Origin: Bradyrhizobium sp.
Lineage (GTDB): Bacteria; Pseudomonadota; Alphaproteobacteria; Rhizobiales; Xanthobacteraceae
Assembly (NCBI GenBank): GCA_035644295.1
Contig: DASQOU010000328.1
Coordinates: 5,300-69,299 of the forward strand
Direction: 5' to 3'
DNA length: 64,000 nt
Position numbers and translations under genes: made by a program. Positions 27,343-37,343 of this stretch are shown here, one piece after another. Below the pieces are notes generated by a model. It worked only from the letters and a program-made list of their open reading frames with translations. It had not been told where the DNA came from and did not search any database. Numbering within the stretch: position 1 is the first letter of the stretch; every line of letters begins with the position of its first letter.

Positions 27343-27450
27343 GGCTTATAGCAGGGGTTTCACGAACGAATGGCAGGCTTGTCGAATAACCGCGACAAGT
27401 CTGCCATCGTCATGGCCGCGCGCGAATTGCACAACCCAACAGAGGACGTG

Positions 27451-28611
27451 ATGTCTTATATATTGAAGGTCTCGATCATTGGCGCGACGGCGATCTGCGT
27501 GTCTTTGGCCTCCACTCATGAATTGAAGGCGGAGGTCGCAAGCTGTCCCTCGCCGATACCGCTGGGTCTGACGACGGCGCTCACCGGCAACCTGGCGCTG
27601 CTCGGTACGCAAGCCCGCAACGGCGTCGAATTTGCAGTCGACGAAATCAACGCCGGCGGAGGCATCGGCGGCAAGAAGCTGGCGCTGACAACGGAAGATA
27701 CCGGCGCTTCCAGCACCGACGCGCTCAACACGATGAATCGTATTCTCGAGGGCAAGCCCCTAATTATCTTCGGCTCGATGATCAGCCCGCACGTCTTTGC
27801 CCAGACGGAGGTCGTCACCAAATCGGAGACACCCTTCCTGGTCGGCGCAACCAATGCAAAGGTGACCGCGCAGGGCAGCAAATGGTTGTTCCGCACCCAC
27901 GTCCACGACGGACAGCTTGCCGATTTGATCCCCGAATATCTGGTGAAATCGCTTGGCAAGACCAAGCCCGGCATCATGGCCGTGGCGGACGACTACGGTC
28001 TCGGCGCTTCCAAGGGGATTCAGGCCTCGCTCGCCAAACTCAAGGTAGCGCCCGTGGCGGTGACGTCCTATGCGCCGTCCGACAAGGACATGAGTGCGCA
28101 GTTGCTCGAAATCAAGGATAAGGACGCTGACAGCCTGATCCTGTTCGGCCGTCCTGCCGATGTCACGCTGGTCATCAAGCAAATGAGCGATCTCGGGATC
28201 AAACTCACCACGATCGGCAACGCCAGTATCGTGGCGCAAACCACCCTCAACAACCTGTCGGCCGCGGAGGCCGACGGCGCCTACGCCATCGGCGGGATGA
28301 TCCCGCAAACCTCGACGGATGCGAAAATCCTGGATTGGTCAAAGCGTGTTCAGGACAAATACAAAGTGCCGGCCGACAATTTCACCGTGTCGTATTACGA
28401 CACAGTTTATATGCTGAAATCGATCATCGAGAAAGTCGGCTGCGACAAACCGGCAATCCGCGATGCACTGGCCGCCACCAAGGACTGGAAAGGCATGCTG
28501 ATTTCCTATCAGGCCGACGCGCAAGGCGATCTGGCGCACACGCTTGGTATCTATCGCAACAAGGGCAAAACGCCAGAGTTAGCCGGCCCAATCAAAGAAA
28601 GCGGATACTGA
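27451..28611 (+). CDS. ABC substrate-binding protein (LivJ fold)
   Basis: GAGG RBS before ATG 27451; signal peptide; INAGGGIGGKK; DDYG. Confidence 0.9.
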   Translation: MSYILKVSIIGATAICVSLASTHELKAEVASCPSPIPLGLTTALTGNLALLGTQARNGVEFAVDEINAGGGIGGKKLALTTEDTGASSTDALNTMNRILEGKPLIIFGSMISPHVFAQTEVVTKSETPFLVGATNAKVTAQGSKWLFRTHVHDGQLADLIPEYLVKSLGKTKPGIMAVADDYGLGASKGIQASLAKLKVAPVAVTSYAPSDKDMSAQLLEIKDKDADSLILFGRPADVTLVIKQMSDLGIKLTTIGNASIVAQTTLNNLSAAEADGAYAIGGMIPQTSTDAKILDWSKRVQDKYKVPADNFTVSYYDTVYMLKSIIEKVGCDKPAIRDALAATKDWKGMLISYQADAQGDLAHTLGIYRNKGKTPELAGPIKESGY

Positions 28612-28618
28612 TCCCTTC

Positions 28619-29485
28619 ATGGGCCAACTCGTCGTCAATGGCCTGGCGCTCGGGAGCATTTACGCTCTCGTCGCGCTGGGCCTACTGCTGATCTTCAACA
28701 CGGTGCAGATCGTCAACTTCGCGCAAGGCCAGCTGCTGATGCTCGGGGCTTTCGTCGGCATCAGTTGCGCGGTGACGCATGAGCTGCCGGTGGCCGCCGC
28801 GTGGGCCATCACCGTGGTGGCCATGGCGCTGGTCGGCATCGTGTTCATGGTGCTGGTCTATTTTCCGCTGCGCGGGCGTCCGGCATTTCTGGTCATTCTC
28901 ACGACGATCGCGATGGGCATCGTGCTTGAAAACCTGGCGCTGATCATTTGGGGCCCGCTGCCGGTGTCGCTGCCCTCCCCGATCCAAGGTCCACCGCTGC
29001 GTTTCGCCGGCATCGTCATTTCGATGCATCAGCTCTTCATCTTCGCCACGCTGGCCGTGATCCTGTTCCTGCAATTCTTCTTCCTGACCAAGACCCGGTT
29101 CGGAATCCTGATGCAGGCGACCGCGCAGGACCTGCACACCGCGCGCCTGGTCGGCATTCCGGTGAACCGCACCATTGCGGTTGCTTTCGCCTTCGGCGCC
29201 GTCCTGTCGGGTATCGCGGGACTGTTGGTCGCGCCGATTTTCCTCGCCGAACCGACCATGGGAGGAAGTCTCGGCCTGAAAGGATTCGTCGTCAGCGTCA
29301 TCGGCGGCTTCGGCAATCTGCCGGGCGCGGTGATCGGCGGTTTGTTTCTTGGCCTCGTCGAAACCTTCGGTGCCCGCTACATCTCGTCCAACTTTCGCGA
29401 CGCCTACGCCTTCATTGTCATGATCACCGTCCTTATCGCGTGGCCCCGCGGCCTGTTCGGCGAGAAGAGCAGCGAAAAGGTCTGA
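28619..29485 (+). CDS. LivH-type permease
   Basis: NGLALGSIYALVALG, VNFAQG. Confidence 0.93.
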   Translation: MGQLVVNGLALGSIYALVALGLLLIFNTVQIVNFAQGQLLMLGAFVGISCAVTHELPVAAAWAITVVAMALVGIVFMVLVYFPLRGRPAFLVILTTIAMGIVLENLALIIWGPLPVSLPSPIQGPPLRFAGIVISMHQLFIFATLAVILFLQFFFLTKTRFGILMQATAQDLHTARLVGIPVNRTIAVAFAFGAVLSGIAGLLVAPIFLAEPTMGGSLGLKGFVVSVIGGFGNLPGAVIGGLFLGLVETFGARYISSNFRDAYAFIVMITVLIAWPRGLFGEKSSEKV

Positions 29486-29486
29486 G

Positions 29487-30437
29487 ATGAAAACCTCCGG
29501 GATCAAGAGCTGGCCCATTCTCGCGGCGGGCGTCGCCGCAGCCTTTGCGGTTCCAGCCATCGCCCAGGATGGTTACATCATCCAACTGCTCAACATCGCC
29601 ATTCTCAATGCGATTGTCGTGCTCGGACTGAATTTTGTGACGGGCTGGGCCGGCCAGATCAACTTCGGACAAGCCGCGTTTTATGGACTGGGGGCATATA
29701 CCACCGCGATCGCAACCAAGTCCGGCATGCCATGGATCGCGACGCCCTTTCTGTCGGTCATTGTCGTGATCGCGGCGAGCCTGATGCTCGGCCTGCCAAC
29801 CATGCGCCTGCGCACGTATTATCTGGCGATGACCACCATCGGCTTTGGCGAAATCATCCGGCTGATCATCGTGCATTGGGAGCCGGTGACCGGCGGCACC
29901 TCCGGTTTACGGGCCATTCCAGGCATCAGCATTTTCGGGTTCGGACCCCAGGGACAGGTGCAACATTACTATCTCCTGATCGCCACGCTGGTGCTGGCGG
30001 TCGCGATCGCCGCACGTGTTCGCAATTCGGTTTTTGGCCGCGCGATGATCGCGACCCGGGACAGCGAAATCGCGGCCGAGCAAAGCGGCGTCGATACCAC
30101 GCGGACCAAGCTGCTCGCCTTCATGATCGGCGCGGTCTATGCGGGACTTGCGGGGTGCCTCTACGCGTCTTCGATCCGCTTCATAAGCCCCGACAGCTTT
30201 TCCGGAACGCAAGCGATCCTGCTGATGACCATGCTTATTGTCGGCGGCATGGGTTCGATCGCCGGCTGCGTCATCGGCGCGGTGGCCCTGACGATACTGC
30301 CCGAGGCGCTACGGTTTCTCGGTCAGTGGTATCTCGTGCTCTATGGCCTCGGCGTCATCGCCGTCATCGCGCTGGCACCGGGAGGCCTGGCATCTCTCGC
30401 ATCGCAACTGCAACTGCGGCGGGCGGGAGCGCGATGA
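29487..30437 (+). CDS. LivM-type permease
   Basis: GQINFGQAAFYGLGAY, YLAMTTIGFGE. Confidence 0.93.
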   Translation: MKTSGIKSWPILAAGVAAAFAVPAIAQDGYIIQLLNIAILNAIVVLGLNFVTGWAGQINFGQAAFYGLGAYTTAIATKSGMPWIATPFLSVIVVIAASLMLGLPTMRLRTYYLAMTTIGFGEIIRLIIVHWEPVTGGTSGLRAIPGISIFGFGPQGQVQHYYLLIATLVLAVAIAARVRNSVFGRAMIATRDSEIAAEQSGVDTTRTKLLAFMIGAVYAGLAGCLYASSIRFISPDSFSGTQAILLMTMLIVGGMGSIAGCVIGAVALTILPEALRFLGQWYLVLYGLGVIAVIALAPGGLASLASQLQLRRAGAR

Positions 30438-31213
30438 CTCCCGAACCGATCATTTCCGCCCGCGGCGTGACGCGGCGGTTTGGCGGGCTCGTCGCCCTCG
30501 ATAGCATCGACCTCGACGTGCCCAAAGGCATCGTGCAGGCCATCATCGGCCCAAATGGTTCAGGCAAGACCACGTTGCTTAACGCGCTGAGCGGGGCTTC
30601 GCATGCCGACATCGGCTCGATTCGCGTCAGTGGCCATGAGATTTTCCGTCTCAAGCCACACCGGATTGCGCGGCTCGGTCTGGCACGAACATTCCAGAAC
30701 ATCCGAATCTTCGATAATTTGAGCGTGATCGAAAACGTGAAGGTTGCCGCGGCCTGCAACAGCCAGCTGTCGCTTTTCGATGTCCTGACATCGAGCGCCC
30801 GGCACAAACATAGCGAGGTGGAAATCGATCGTGACGCGCGCGAAGCGCTTCAAACCGTCGGCCTTGCCAACCGCGCCGATGATCGTGCCACGCAATTGCC
30901 GTACGCGCAGCAGCGTCTCCTGGAGATTGCAAGGGCGTTGGCCTCAAAGCCAAGAGTTCTATTGCTCGATGAACCCGCCGCGGGCATGAACATGACCGAA
31001 AGCATGACGCTCCTGGACACCATCGCCAGGCTGAAGAGCCGCGGCATCACCATCCTGCTGGTTGAGCACAATGTGCGGCTGGTGATGGGCATCAGCGACC
31101 GCGTCGCGGTGCTTGATTTCGGCAAGAAAATCGCGGAGGGCGCGCCCTCCGAAGTACAGCGTAATCCATTGGTGATCGAGGCCTATCTCGGCAGGCGGCA
31201 CCGCCATGCTTAG
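30434..31213 (+). CDS. LivG-type ATPase
   Basis: ATGA overlap start at 30434; GPNGSGKTT, ARTFQN, LDEPAAG. Confidence 0.93.
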   Translation: MTPEPIISARGVTRRFGGLVALDSIDLDVPKGIVQAIIGPNGSGKTTLLNALSGASHADIGSIRVSGHEIFRLKPHRIARLGLARTFQNIRIFDNLSVIENVKVAAACNSQLSLFDVLTSSARHKHSEVEIDRDAREALQTVGLANRADDRATQLPYAQQRLLEIARALASKPRVLLLDEPAAGMNMTESMTLLDTIARLKSRGITILLVEHNVRLVMGISDRVAVLDFGKKIAEGAPSEVQRNPLVIEAYLGRRHRHA

Positions 31214-31916
31214 GATCGATCACCTGAGAGTGTCCTACGGCCACATCGAGGTGTTGAAGGGCATTTCATTCAGCGTCGAGATGGGCGAAATCGTCGCCCT
31301 GATCGGCGGCAACGGCGCCGGCAAGACCACGACGCTCAGCACGATCTCTGGGCTGGTTCGCCCTTCCTCCGGCACCATCTCCTGGAAGGGCGAGAACATC
31401 CACAATGCCGCGGTCGAAGCCATTGTCGGGTCGGGCCTCGCCCACTGCCCCGAGGGCCGGCGCATTTTTCCTGGTCTGACGGTGCGGGAGAATCTCATCA
31501 CCGGCACGGCGGCGCGTTCCCGAAACAAGCGCGAAGTCGATGAAGATCTCGCGCTGGTGTTTGATCTGTTCCCCCGCCTCAAGGAGCGGCTGAAGCAAGG
31601 CGGCTGGTCATTGTCCGGCGGCGAGCAGCAGATGCTGGCGATCGGCCGGGCCCTGATGGGCCGTCCGAGCCTGTTGATGCTGGATGAACCGTCGCTCGGG
31701 CTTGCTCCGATCGTGATCGAGCAGGTGTTCGACCGCATCCTCGAACTCAACAAGCGCACCGGTCTCGGCGTACTGCTGGTCGAGCAGAATTCGGCCATGG
31801 CGCTGGAAATCGCGAACCGCGCCTTCGTGCTTGAAACCGGCGTTATTACCCTGTCCGGACCTTCGGCCGTCCTCGCCGATGATCCGCGCATCCGCGAAGC
31901 CTATCTTGGCGGCTGA
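31206..31916 (+). CDS. LivF-type ATPase
   Basis: GGNGAGKTT, PEGRRIF, LSGGEQQML. Confidence 0.94.
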   Translation: MLRIDHLRVSYGHIEVLKGISFSVEMGEIVALIGGNGAGKTTTLSTISGLVRPSSGTISWKGENIHNAAVEAIVGSGLAHCPEGRRIFPGLTVRENLITGTAARSRNKREVDEDLALVFDLFPRLKERLKQGGWSLSGGEQQMLAIGRALMGRPSLLMLDEPSLGLAPIVIEQVFDRILELNKRTGLGVLLVEQNSAMALEIANRAFVLETGVITLSGPSAVLADDPRIREAYLGG

Positions 31917-32083
31917 GCGGGCAGCCAAAGTATCGTCCAGTCCGGGCCAGCACCGACCGGCGGAACGGCCGTGACAGGCTGCGACACAAATGTCATCTTT
32001 GATTTTCGATCAGCAAACTTGCATGCTGGGAAAAAACAGAATTAGCTGCGGCACCGCAGGTTTGTTGGGGGATCGAATTGCAC

Positions 32084-33592
32084 ATGAGCGACAAAATGGG
32101 ACGACGGGACTTTTTGGGTACGGCCGCACTCGCCGTGGCGGCGGCAGGGCGCACCTCGCTGATCGGCACGGCCCAAGCCGCATCGGAGACGAGCGGGGAC
32201 ATCACTTCGAAATCGGCCAGTGAGCTTGCCAGCGCCATCCGCTCCAAGCAGCTGAGCTCCAGGGCCGTTGTCGACGCGCACCTCGAGCAGATCGCGAAGG
32301 TCAATCCGAAACTCAATGCCATCGTCCAGCTCACGGCCGACTCGGCGCGGAAAGAGGCAGACGCGGCCGATGCGGCGTTGGCGCGCGGCGAAATCATGGG
32401 TCCGCTGCACGGCGTCCCCATTACGATCAAGGATACGCTAGAAACGATCGGAGTCATCTGTACCGGTGGCACCAAGGGCCGCGCGAATTTCATTCCCAAG
32501 GCCGACGCGACCGCAGTCGCCCGGCTTCGCGCCGCGGGCGGCGTCATCCTTGGCAAGACCAATGTGCCGGAACTCGCCGGCGCGATCGAGACCGACAATC
32601 TCGTCTACGGACGCACCAACAACCCCTATGATCTCGCACGGACACCCGGCGGCAGCACCGGCGGCGAGTCCGCGATTGTCGCAGCCTGCGGTTCGCCGCT
32701 TGGCCTCGGCACCGACGCCGGCGGCAGCATTCGGATCCCGGCACATTTTTGCGGCCTCGCGGCGATCAAACCGACTTCCGGCCGCGTGCCGCGCACCGGC
32801 CAATTCCCGATGCCGATGGGTGCACGCAACGCGGTGTTTCACGTCAGCCTGATCGCGCGCAAAGTTGACGACCTCGCGCTGGCCTTGCCCATCATCGCGG
32901 GCCCTGACTTCCGCGACCATTCGATCGTCGGAATGCCTTTGCTGGATTCAAAGGCCGTGACGTTGAACGGGTTGAAACTGGCGTATTACGAAGACGACGG
33001 TGCCGCAACTCCGACCAAGGAAATTGCCGCCGCGGTGCGTGATTCCGCTAAGGCCTTCATGGACGCCGGCGTGAAGGTCGAGGAAAACCGTCCAGTCGAT
33101 GTTGGCAAGGCAGCCACGGTGTATTTCGACATGAGCCGCGGTGACGGCGGCGCCGGTACCCGCGCCTTCCTGAAGAGCATCGGTAGCGATCCAATCTCCC
33201 CGCTGTTCGAGAAGGCCTTGACCAATTCGGTTGCGCCCGCGATGGCCACTACGACCGAGGCACTGGCCGCATTCGTGCGATGGGACGCCTTTCGCAATTC
33301 GATGCTGCGCTTCATCGAGAATTACGACGCCGTGCTTTCAGCGGTCGCGCCGTATCCGGCACTGCCTCACGGCACGAGCTTTGAGGAAGAAAACCGCCGC
33401 GGATTTGGTTACACGCAGGCGTACAATCTGACGGGATGGCCGACGGCGACCGTTCGAGTCGGCACCTCGCCTGAAGGACTTCCGCTGGGTGTTCAGGTCG
33501 CCGCAAGGCCTTGGCGCGAAGACGTCGCGCTGGCGCTTGTTCGACACCTCGAACAGACATTTGGCGGATGGAAGAAACCAATGGCGGTCTGA
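32084..33592 (+). CDS. Amidase signature family enzyme with Tat signal
   Basis: GRRDFL; GVPITIKD; PGGSTGG; GTDAGGSIRIPA. Confidence 0.93.
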   Translation: MSDKMGRRDFLGTAALAVAAAGRTSLIGTAQAASETSGDITSKSASELASAIRSKQLSSRAVVDAHLEQIAKVNPKLNAIVQLTADSARKEADAADAALARGEIMGPLHGVPITIKDTLETIGVICTGGTKGRANFIPKADATAVARLRAAGGVILGKTNVPELAGAIETDNLVYGRTNNPYDLARTPGGSTGGESAIVAACGSPLGLGTDAGGSIRIPAHFCGLAAIKPTSGRVPRTGQFPMPMGARNAVFHVSLIARKVDDLALALPIIAGPDFRDHSIVGMPLLDSKAVTLNGLKLAYYEDDGAATPTKEIAAAVRDSAKAFMDAGVKVEENRPVDVGKAATVYFDMSRGDGGAGTRAFLKSIGSDPISPLFEKALTNSVAPAMATTTEALAAFVRWDAFRNSMLRFIENYDAVLSAVAPYPALPHGTSFEEENRRGFGYTQAYNLTGWPTATVRVGTSPEGLPLGVQVAARPWREDVALALVRHLEQTFGGWKKPMAV

Positions 33593-33684
33593 TTGGCAAG
33601 GCGCGCCATCTGGACGTCGCACCGGGGCGAATGGCAAGCTCGATTTTCCTGATTGCGGTCCGCCGTCCGACGCATGCCGGAAAT

Positions 33685-33876
33685 TCATTTCCGCGGCCGG
33701 CCCCGCTTTGCAAAGACGACGCCTTGTGAATCCGCCTCACAACGAAGCTGGCTTGCGAGCTTGAGCGCCTCGTTGCGCTCAGGCCCCGGAGGCAACAAGC
33801 GGGCCTGCTCCAGCGCGTCCGCCGCGCGAATTTCCCAGTCGATCCGGTCGGACCCGTATTGTGATTCTTTGTTCAT
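33685..33876 (-). CDS. Small hypothetical protein
   Basis: 63 aa with an ARLLPPGPERNEALK motif resembling small rhizobial hypothetical proteins. Confidence 0.5.
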   Translation of the reverse strand: MNKESQYGSDRIDWEIRAADALEQARLLPPGPERNEALKLASQLRCEADSQGVVFAKRGRPRK

Positions 33877-34159
33877 GATGGCTTGTTGCGATTACCAAAC
33901 CGGGGGAAAGCCGAGCAAATGACTCACCTCCCATAGACTCGAACGGAGACAGCGGTATTCCCGGCATCTGATGCTATTATGACGTGAATATGGTGATGCC
34001 GGTCTCACTCACTGGAGACGGAAGGCATCGAGGCATCATTACCTCCTCACGCGAAATTTACTGCGTCCCAAGCCCCCGAGTCGCGTGGCGACGACGGCCG
34101 AATCAGGAGAAAAAATACGCGCGCGAGGAACCCTCGACCGTCACGAATCAGGGGATGAT

Positions 34160-35728
34160 TCAATTCGTCAACGTTCCCCATTGCGAGGCCATACGCTCGG
34201 CGCCGCGCTGCGACAGCGCAAAGATTGTAAACGTGGGATTTGAAGCGCCCTCGGTAGGAAAGATGCCGGGTCCCGCAACCCAAAGGTTCGGGATTTCGTG
34301 GCTTTGGCCGTAGCTGTCGACAACCGAATTGGTGGCACTCGTTCCCATGATGGTCCCACCCAGAAGATGGCTGGTCGGCATCGTTCCACGCGCGGACCAT
34401 GCTTCTTTGGCACCGCTGGCCTTGGCGATCCTCAGCCCCTCTTCGAGATTGGCATTCCATAGTGCCACCGCGTCAGAATCGAAGCTGTGGGTCAGCCTTC
34501 CCAGCGGCATGCCGAATGCGTCCTTTTCGCTCGCCAACTCGACCCGATTTTCCATGTTCGGCTGTTCTTCGCCGAACGCCTTGATGCCCGCCAGATTGCG
34601 CGCCGCCCGCTTCATGTAATCGGCGAGCTCCGGCCCATACAGATCGGCACGCGAATTCGCGAGATCGGCCGTCTTCACCGCAAATCCCGCGGTGATGAAG
34701 GAGCTTCCAAACACGCCGTCGTGGCTCTTCTTGGGATAGCGCTCGTAAGACATGTACTGCACGGCGACCGTGCCCTTGTGGTTCTGGACATCCTCGTCGA
34801 ACATCGCCCAAGTGTTAGCCACATGGTGCGACATCATGAAGTGGCCGACGAGGCCGCTCGCATTGCCAAGACCCTTGGGGTGCTTGTCGGTCGCGGAATT
34901 CAACAACAGCCGCGGATTCTGCGCCGACCACGCGGCCAGCACCACCACGCTTGCTTCCTGGGTCTGCTTCTGATGCTTGTCGTCGTAATATTCGACGCCG
35001 GTGACCCGCGTACCCGCTTGATTGGTAAGAACGCGCGTCACCGTCGACCAGGCGCGAACTTCCGCACCGGCCTTGCGTGCCTCGCCCAGATAGGTGACCT
35101 GCGGATTGGCGAGCGCCCCGATCGGACAGCCGACGTGACACCATCCGTCATAGAGGCACGCAGGCCGCCCCTTGAATTCCACCGAGTTCATGCCGACCGG
35201 CGCCGGCACCATGGGGATGCCCGACGCTTCAAAGCCCTTCATCCAGATGTCGCCGTTGCGGAACGTCTTCATCGGCGGCATCGGATAGGCTTCTCCGGCC
35301 GGCCGCCATTTTTCCTCGGCCTTGGCATCACCGGACACGCCGATCTCGCGCGCGACCTTGTCATAGAACGGCGCGACGTCTTGATAAGAGATCGGCCAAT
35401 CGTGTCCGCGGCCGTGCTCGCTCTTCATCCTGAAATCGGTCGGCAGCAGCCGTGGAAAATTGGCGAAGTAGTGCAGTGCCGCGCCACCGACGCCCCATCC
35501 GCCCTGCGCGGCGTAGGCCATCGGGTTCTTGCCTTCAAGAAGGATCGGCGCGCCTGCGGGTTTAACCCGGCGGCCCCAGATCTCGGAGCTGATGAGATCG
35601 GAAAGCTCCCAATCCGGCCCGGAGTCCAGCAAGAGCACCTTCTTGCCGGCCTTGGCCAGCACTGACGCATAGACCGAGCCGGACGCGCCCGCCCCAACGA
35701 TGACGACGTCTACTTTTTCGTAAGCCAT
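34160..35728 (-). CDS. GMC family oxidoreductase (gluconate 2-dehydrogenase flavoprotein-like)
   Basis: Start MAYEKVD after GAGG; GAGASG Rossmann motif; C...G.C..GCP; HLLGGT; SNPTFT. Confidence 0.92.
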   Translation of the reverse strand: MAYEKVDVVIVGAGASGSVYASVLAKAGKKVLLLDSGPDWELSDLISSEIWGRRVKPAGAPILLEGKNPMAYAAQGGWGVGGAALHYFANFPRLLPTDFRMKSEHGRGHDWPISYQDVAPFYDKVAREIGVSGDAKAEEKWRPAGEAYPMPPMKTFRNGDIWMKGFEASGIPMVPAPVGMNSVEFKGRPACLYDGWCHVGCPIGALANPQVTYLGEARKAGAEVRAWSTVTRVLTNQAGTRVTGVEYYDDKHQKQTQEASVVVLAAWSAQNPRLLLNSATDKHPKGLGNASGLVGHFMMSHHVANTWAMFDEDVQNHKGTVAVQYMSYERYPKKSHDGVFGSSFITAGFAVKTADLANSRADLYGPELADYMKRAARNLAGIKAFGEEQPNMENRVELASEKDAFGMPLGRLTHSFDSDAVALWNANLEEGLRIAKASGAKEAWSARGTMPTSHLLGGTIMGTSATNSVVDSYGQSHEIPNLWVAGPGIFPTEGASNPTFTIFALSQRGAERMASQWGTLTN

Positions 35729-35729
35729 C

Positions 35730-36290
35730 TCACCACCTCTTTTCCGGTGGAATATGCGCCATGTAGGGAATGCCCAGCGCCTCGTAGCCTTCCATCGTCC
35801 CGTAGACGACGTCCACGGCATCCGCGCGCAGCACGCCATAGACAGCGGCACCCGGCCTGCCGGTCCAGCCTTCAATCTTGTTTTGCCGCATGCGGCCGAC
35901 AAATTCTCGCTGATCGGTGGCCGACAACTGGGCGAAATCCCGTCCAAACATCCTGCGGCTGCTTTCGTCAACCGAGATGATGGCGGTTCGGTAGAAATCG
36001 GCGAACGGCGGACGGACGTTGAAGATACGGGCCTGAAGCAGAGCTTCGTGCGGCGGTACCGAGAGCTGCTGATCGATGTAGTGGGCGATCCCGGCCTCAC
36101 GCGCCTGCGGCACCAGTGTCTCGCCGAGAGACTCAAGGGTTTCGGCCTGATGGGCATCGAGAAGACGGAACGGCACATTGCGCGCCCTCGCTTCTCCGGG
36201 CGCCATGATGACTTCAACTCCGCCTACGGTAAAAGCCAGCACACCCAGGGTCGCGCCTTTGACGAAGCCGCGTCGACCAATGTTCGCCAT
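35730..36290 (-). CDS. Gluconate 2-dehydrogenase subunit 3 family, Tat signal
   Basis: GRRGFVK; AREAGIAHYID; YGTMEGY..LG. Confidence 0.85.
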   Translation of the reverse strand: MANIGRRGFVKGATLGVLAFTVGGVEVIMAPGEARARNVPFRLLDAHQAETLESLGETLVPQAREAGIAHYIDQQLSVPPHEALLQARIFNVRPPFADFYRTAIISVDESSRRMFGRDFAQLSATDQREFVGRMRQNKIEGWTGRPGAAVYGVLRADAVDVVYGTMEGYEALGIPYMAHIPPEKRW

Positions 36291-36407
36291 GGCCTTCTCC
36301 TCCCCGATTTATTCTTGTTCTGCTTTCGCAAGGCGTCGCAAAAGATTTTCGGCATTACTGGGCAGCTCTGACTTTTAGTCAAGGGGATGTGCCCAGGAAA
36401 CTGCGCG

Positions 36408-37181
36408 CTAGCGCTCCGCGAATGCCTTTTCGACGACGAACTGGGCGGCTTCGCCGTGATTGCCTTCAACGAATCCCCTGCCCGACAATAATGCGCGGGT
36501 GTCATGCACCAGCGCCGGGCTGCCGCAGATCATCACGCGGTCATGTTCGGGCACGAGCAAGGCCAGTCCGATATCGCCGAACAGCTTGCCCGAATTGATC
36601 AGATCCGTGATCCGGCCGCGATTGCGGAATGGATCTCGCGTCACCGTCGGATAATAGATCAACTGATCGCGCACCATTTCACCGATCAATTCGTCGTTCG
36701 GCAATTCCTTCGTGATCATCTCGCCATAGGCAAGCTCGCTGACGCGGCGGCAGCCGTGCAGCAACACAACCTTCTCGAAACGCGCATAGGTTTCGGGATC
36801 CTTGATCACGCTCAGGAACGGCGCAAGCCCCGTGCCGGTACCGATCAGATAGAGATTGCGGCCGTCTTCCAAATTGTCGATCACCAGCGTGCCGGTCGCT
36901 TTGCGGCTGACGATGATCTCGTCACCTTCTTTCAGGTGCTGGAGACGCGAGGTCAGCGGCCCGTCCTGCACCTTGATCGAAAAGAATTCGAGCCGGTCTT
37001 CGTAATTGGCGCAGGCAACGCTGTAGGCGCGCAGCAGCGGTTTTTCCCCGACCTTCAATCCGATCATCGTGAATTCACCGTGCCGGAATCGGAACGAGGG
37101 GTCGCGGGTCGTGGTGAAGCTGAACAAATTATCGGTCCAGTGACGGACGCTAAGAACGCTTTCGCTGTTGAAATTGCTCAT
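36408..37181 (-). CDS. fpr: Ferredoxin(flavodoxin)-NADP+ reductase
   Basis: HWTDNLFSF, RAYS, GPLTSRL, TGTGLAPF, MICG, EKAF. Confidence 0.95.
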   Translation of the reverse strand: MSNFNSESVLSVRHWTDNLFSFTTTRDPSFRFRHGEFTMIGLKVGEKPLLRAYSVACANYEDRLEFFSIKVQDGPLTSRLQHLKEGDEIIVSRKATGTLVIDNLEDGRNLYLIGTGTGLAPFLSVIKDPETYARFEKVVLLHGCRRVSELAYGEMITKELPNDELIGEMVRDQLIYYPTVTRDPFRNRGRITDLINSGKLFGDIGLALLVPEHDRVMICGSPALVHDTRALLSGRGFVEGNHGEAAQFVVEKAFAER

Positions 37182-37236
37182 CTTACCGCCTCCGCTCATG
37201 CGGGCTAAGCCGGGCCCGCGAAATTCATTCGTGCAC

Positions 37237-37258
37237 ATTCATTTGTATACAAATGAAT
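37237..37258. promoter_or_regulatory. Perfect 22-bp palindrome, candidate NicR-type operator
   Basis: ATTCATTTGTATACAAATGAAT between divergent fpr and ena. Confidence 0.75.
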
Positions 37259-37343
37259 AATCCAGCTTGATCCCGCCGTCAAGGCGCGCGCAAGATGCTC
37301 GTCCTGTGGCCTTGCGAAGGCATTGAACAAAAAGGGAAAACCG

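Noticed and set aside
29732-30433. N-terminal extension of the 493-aa ATPase ORF
   Set aside because: It overlaps the permease gene; the true start is ATG 30434.
35729-36217. N-terminal extension of the 685-aa GMC ORF
   Set aside because: It overlaps the Tat subunit gene in another frame; the true start is ATG 35728.
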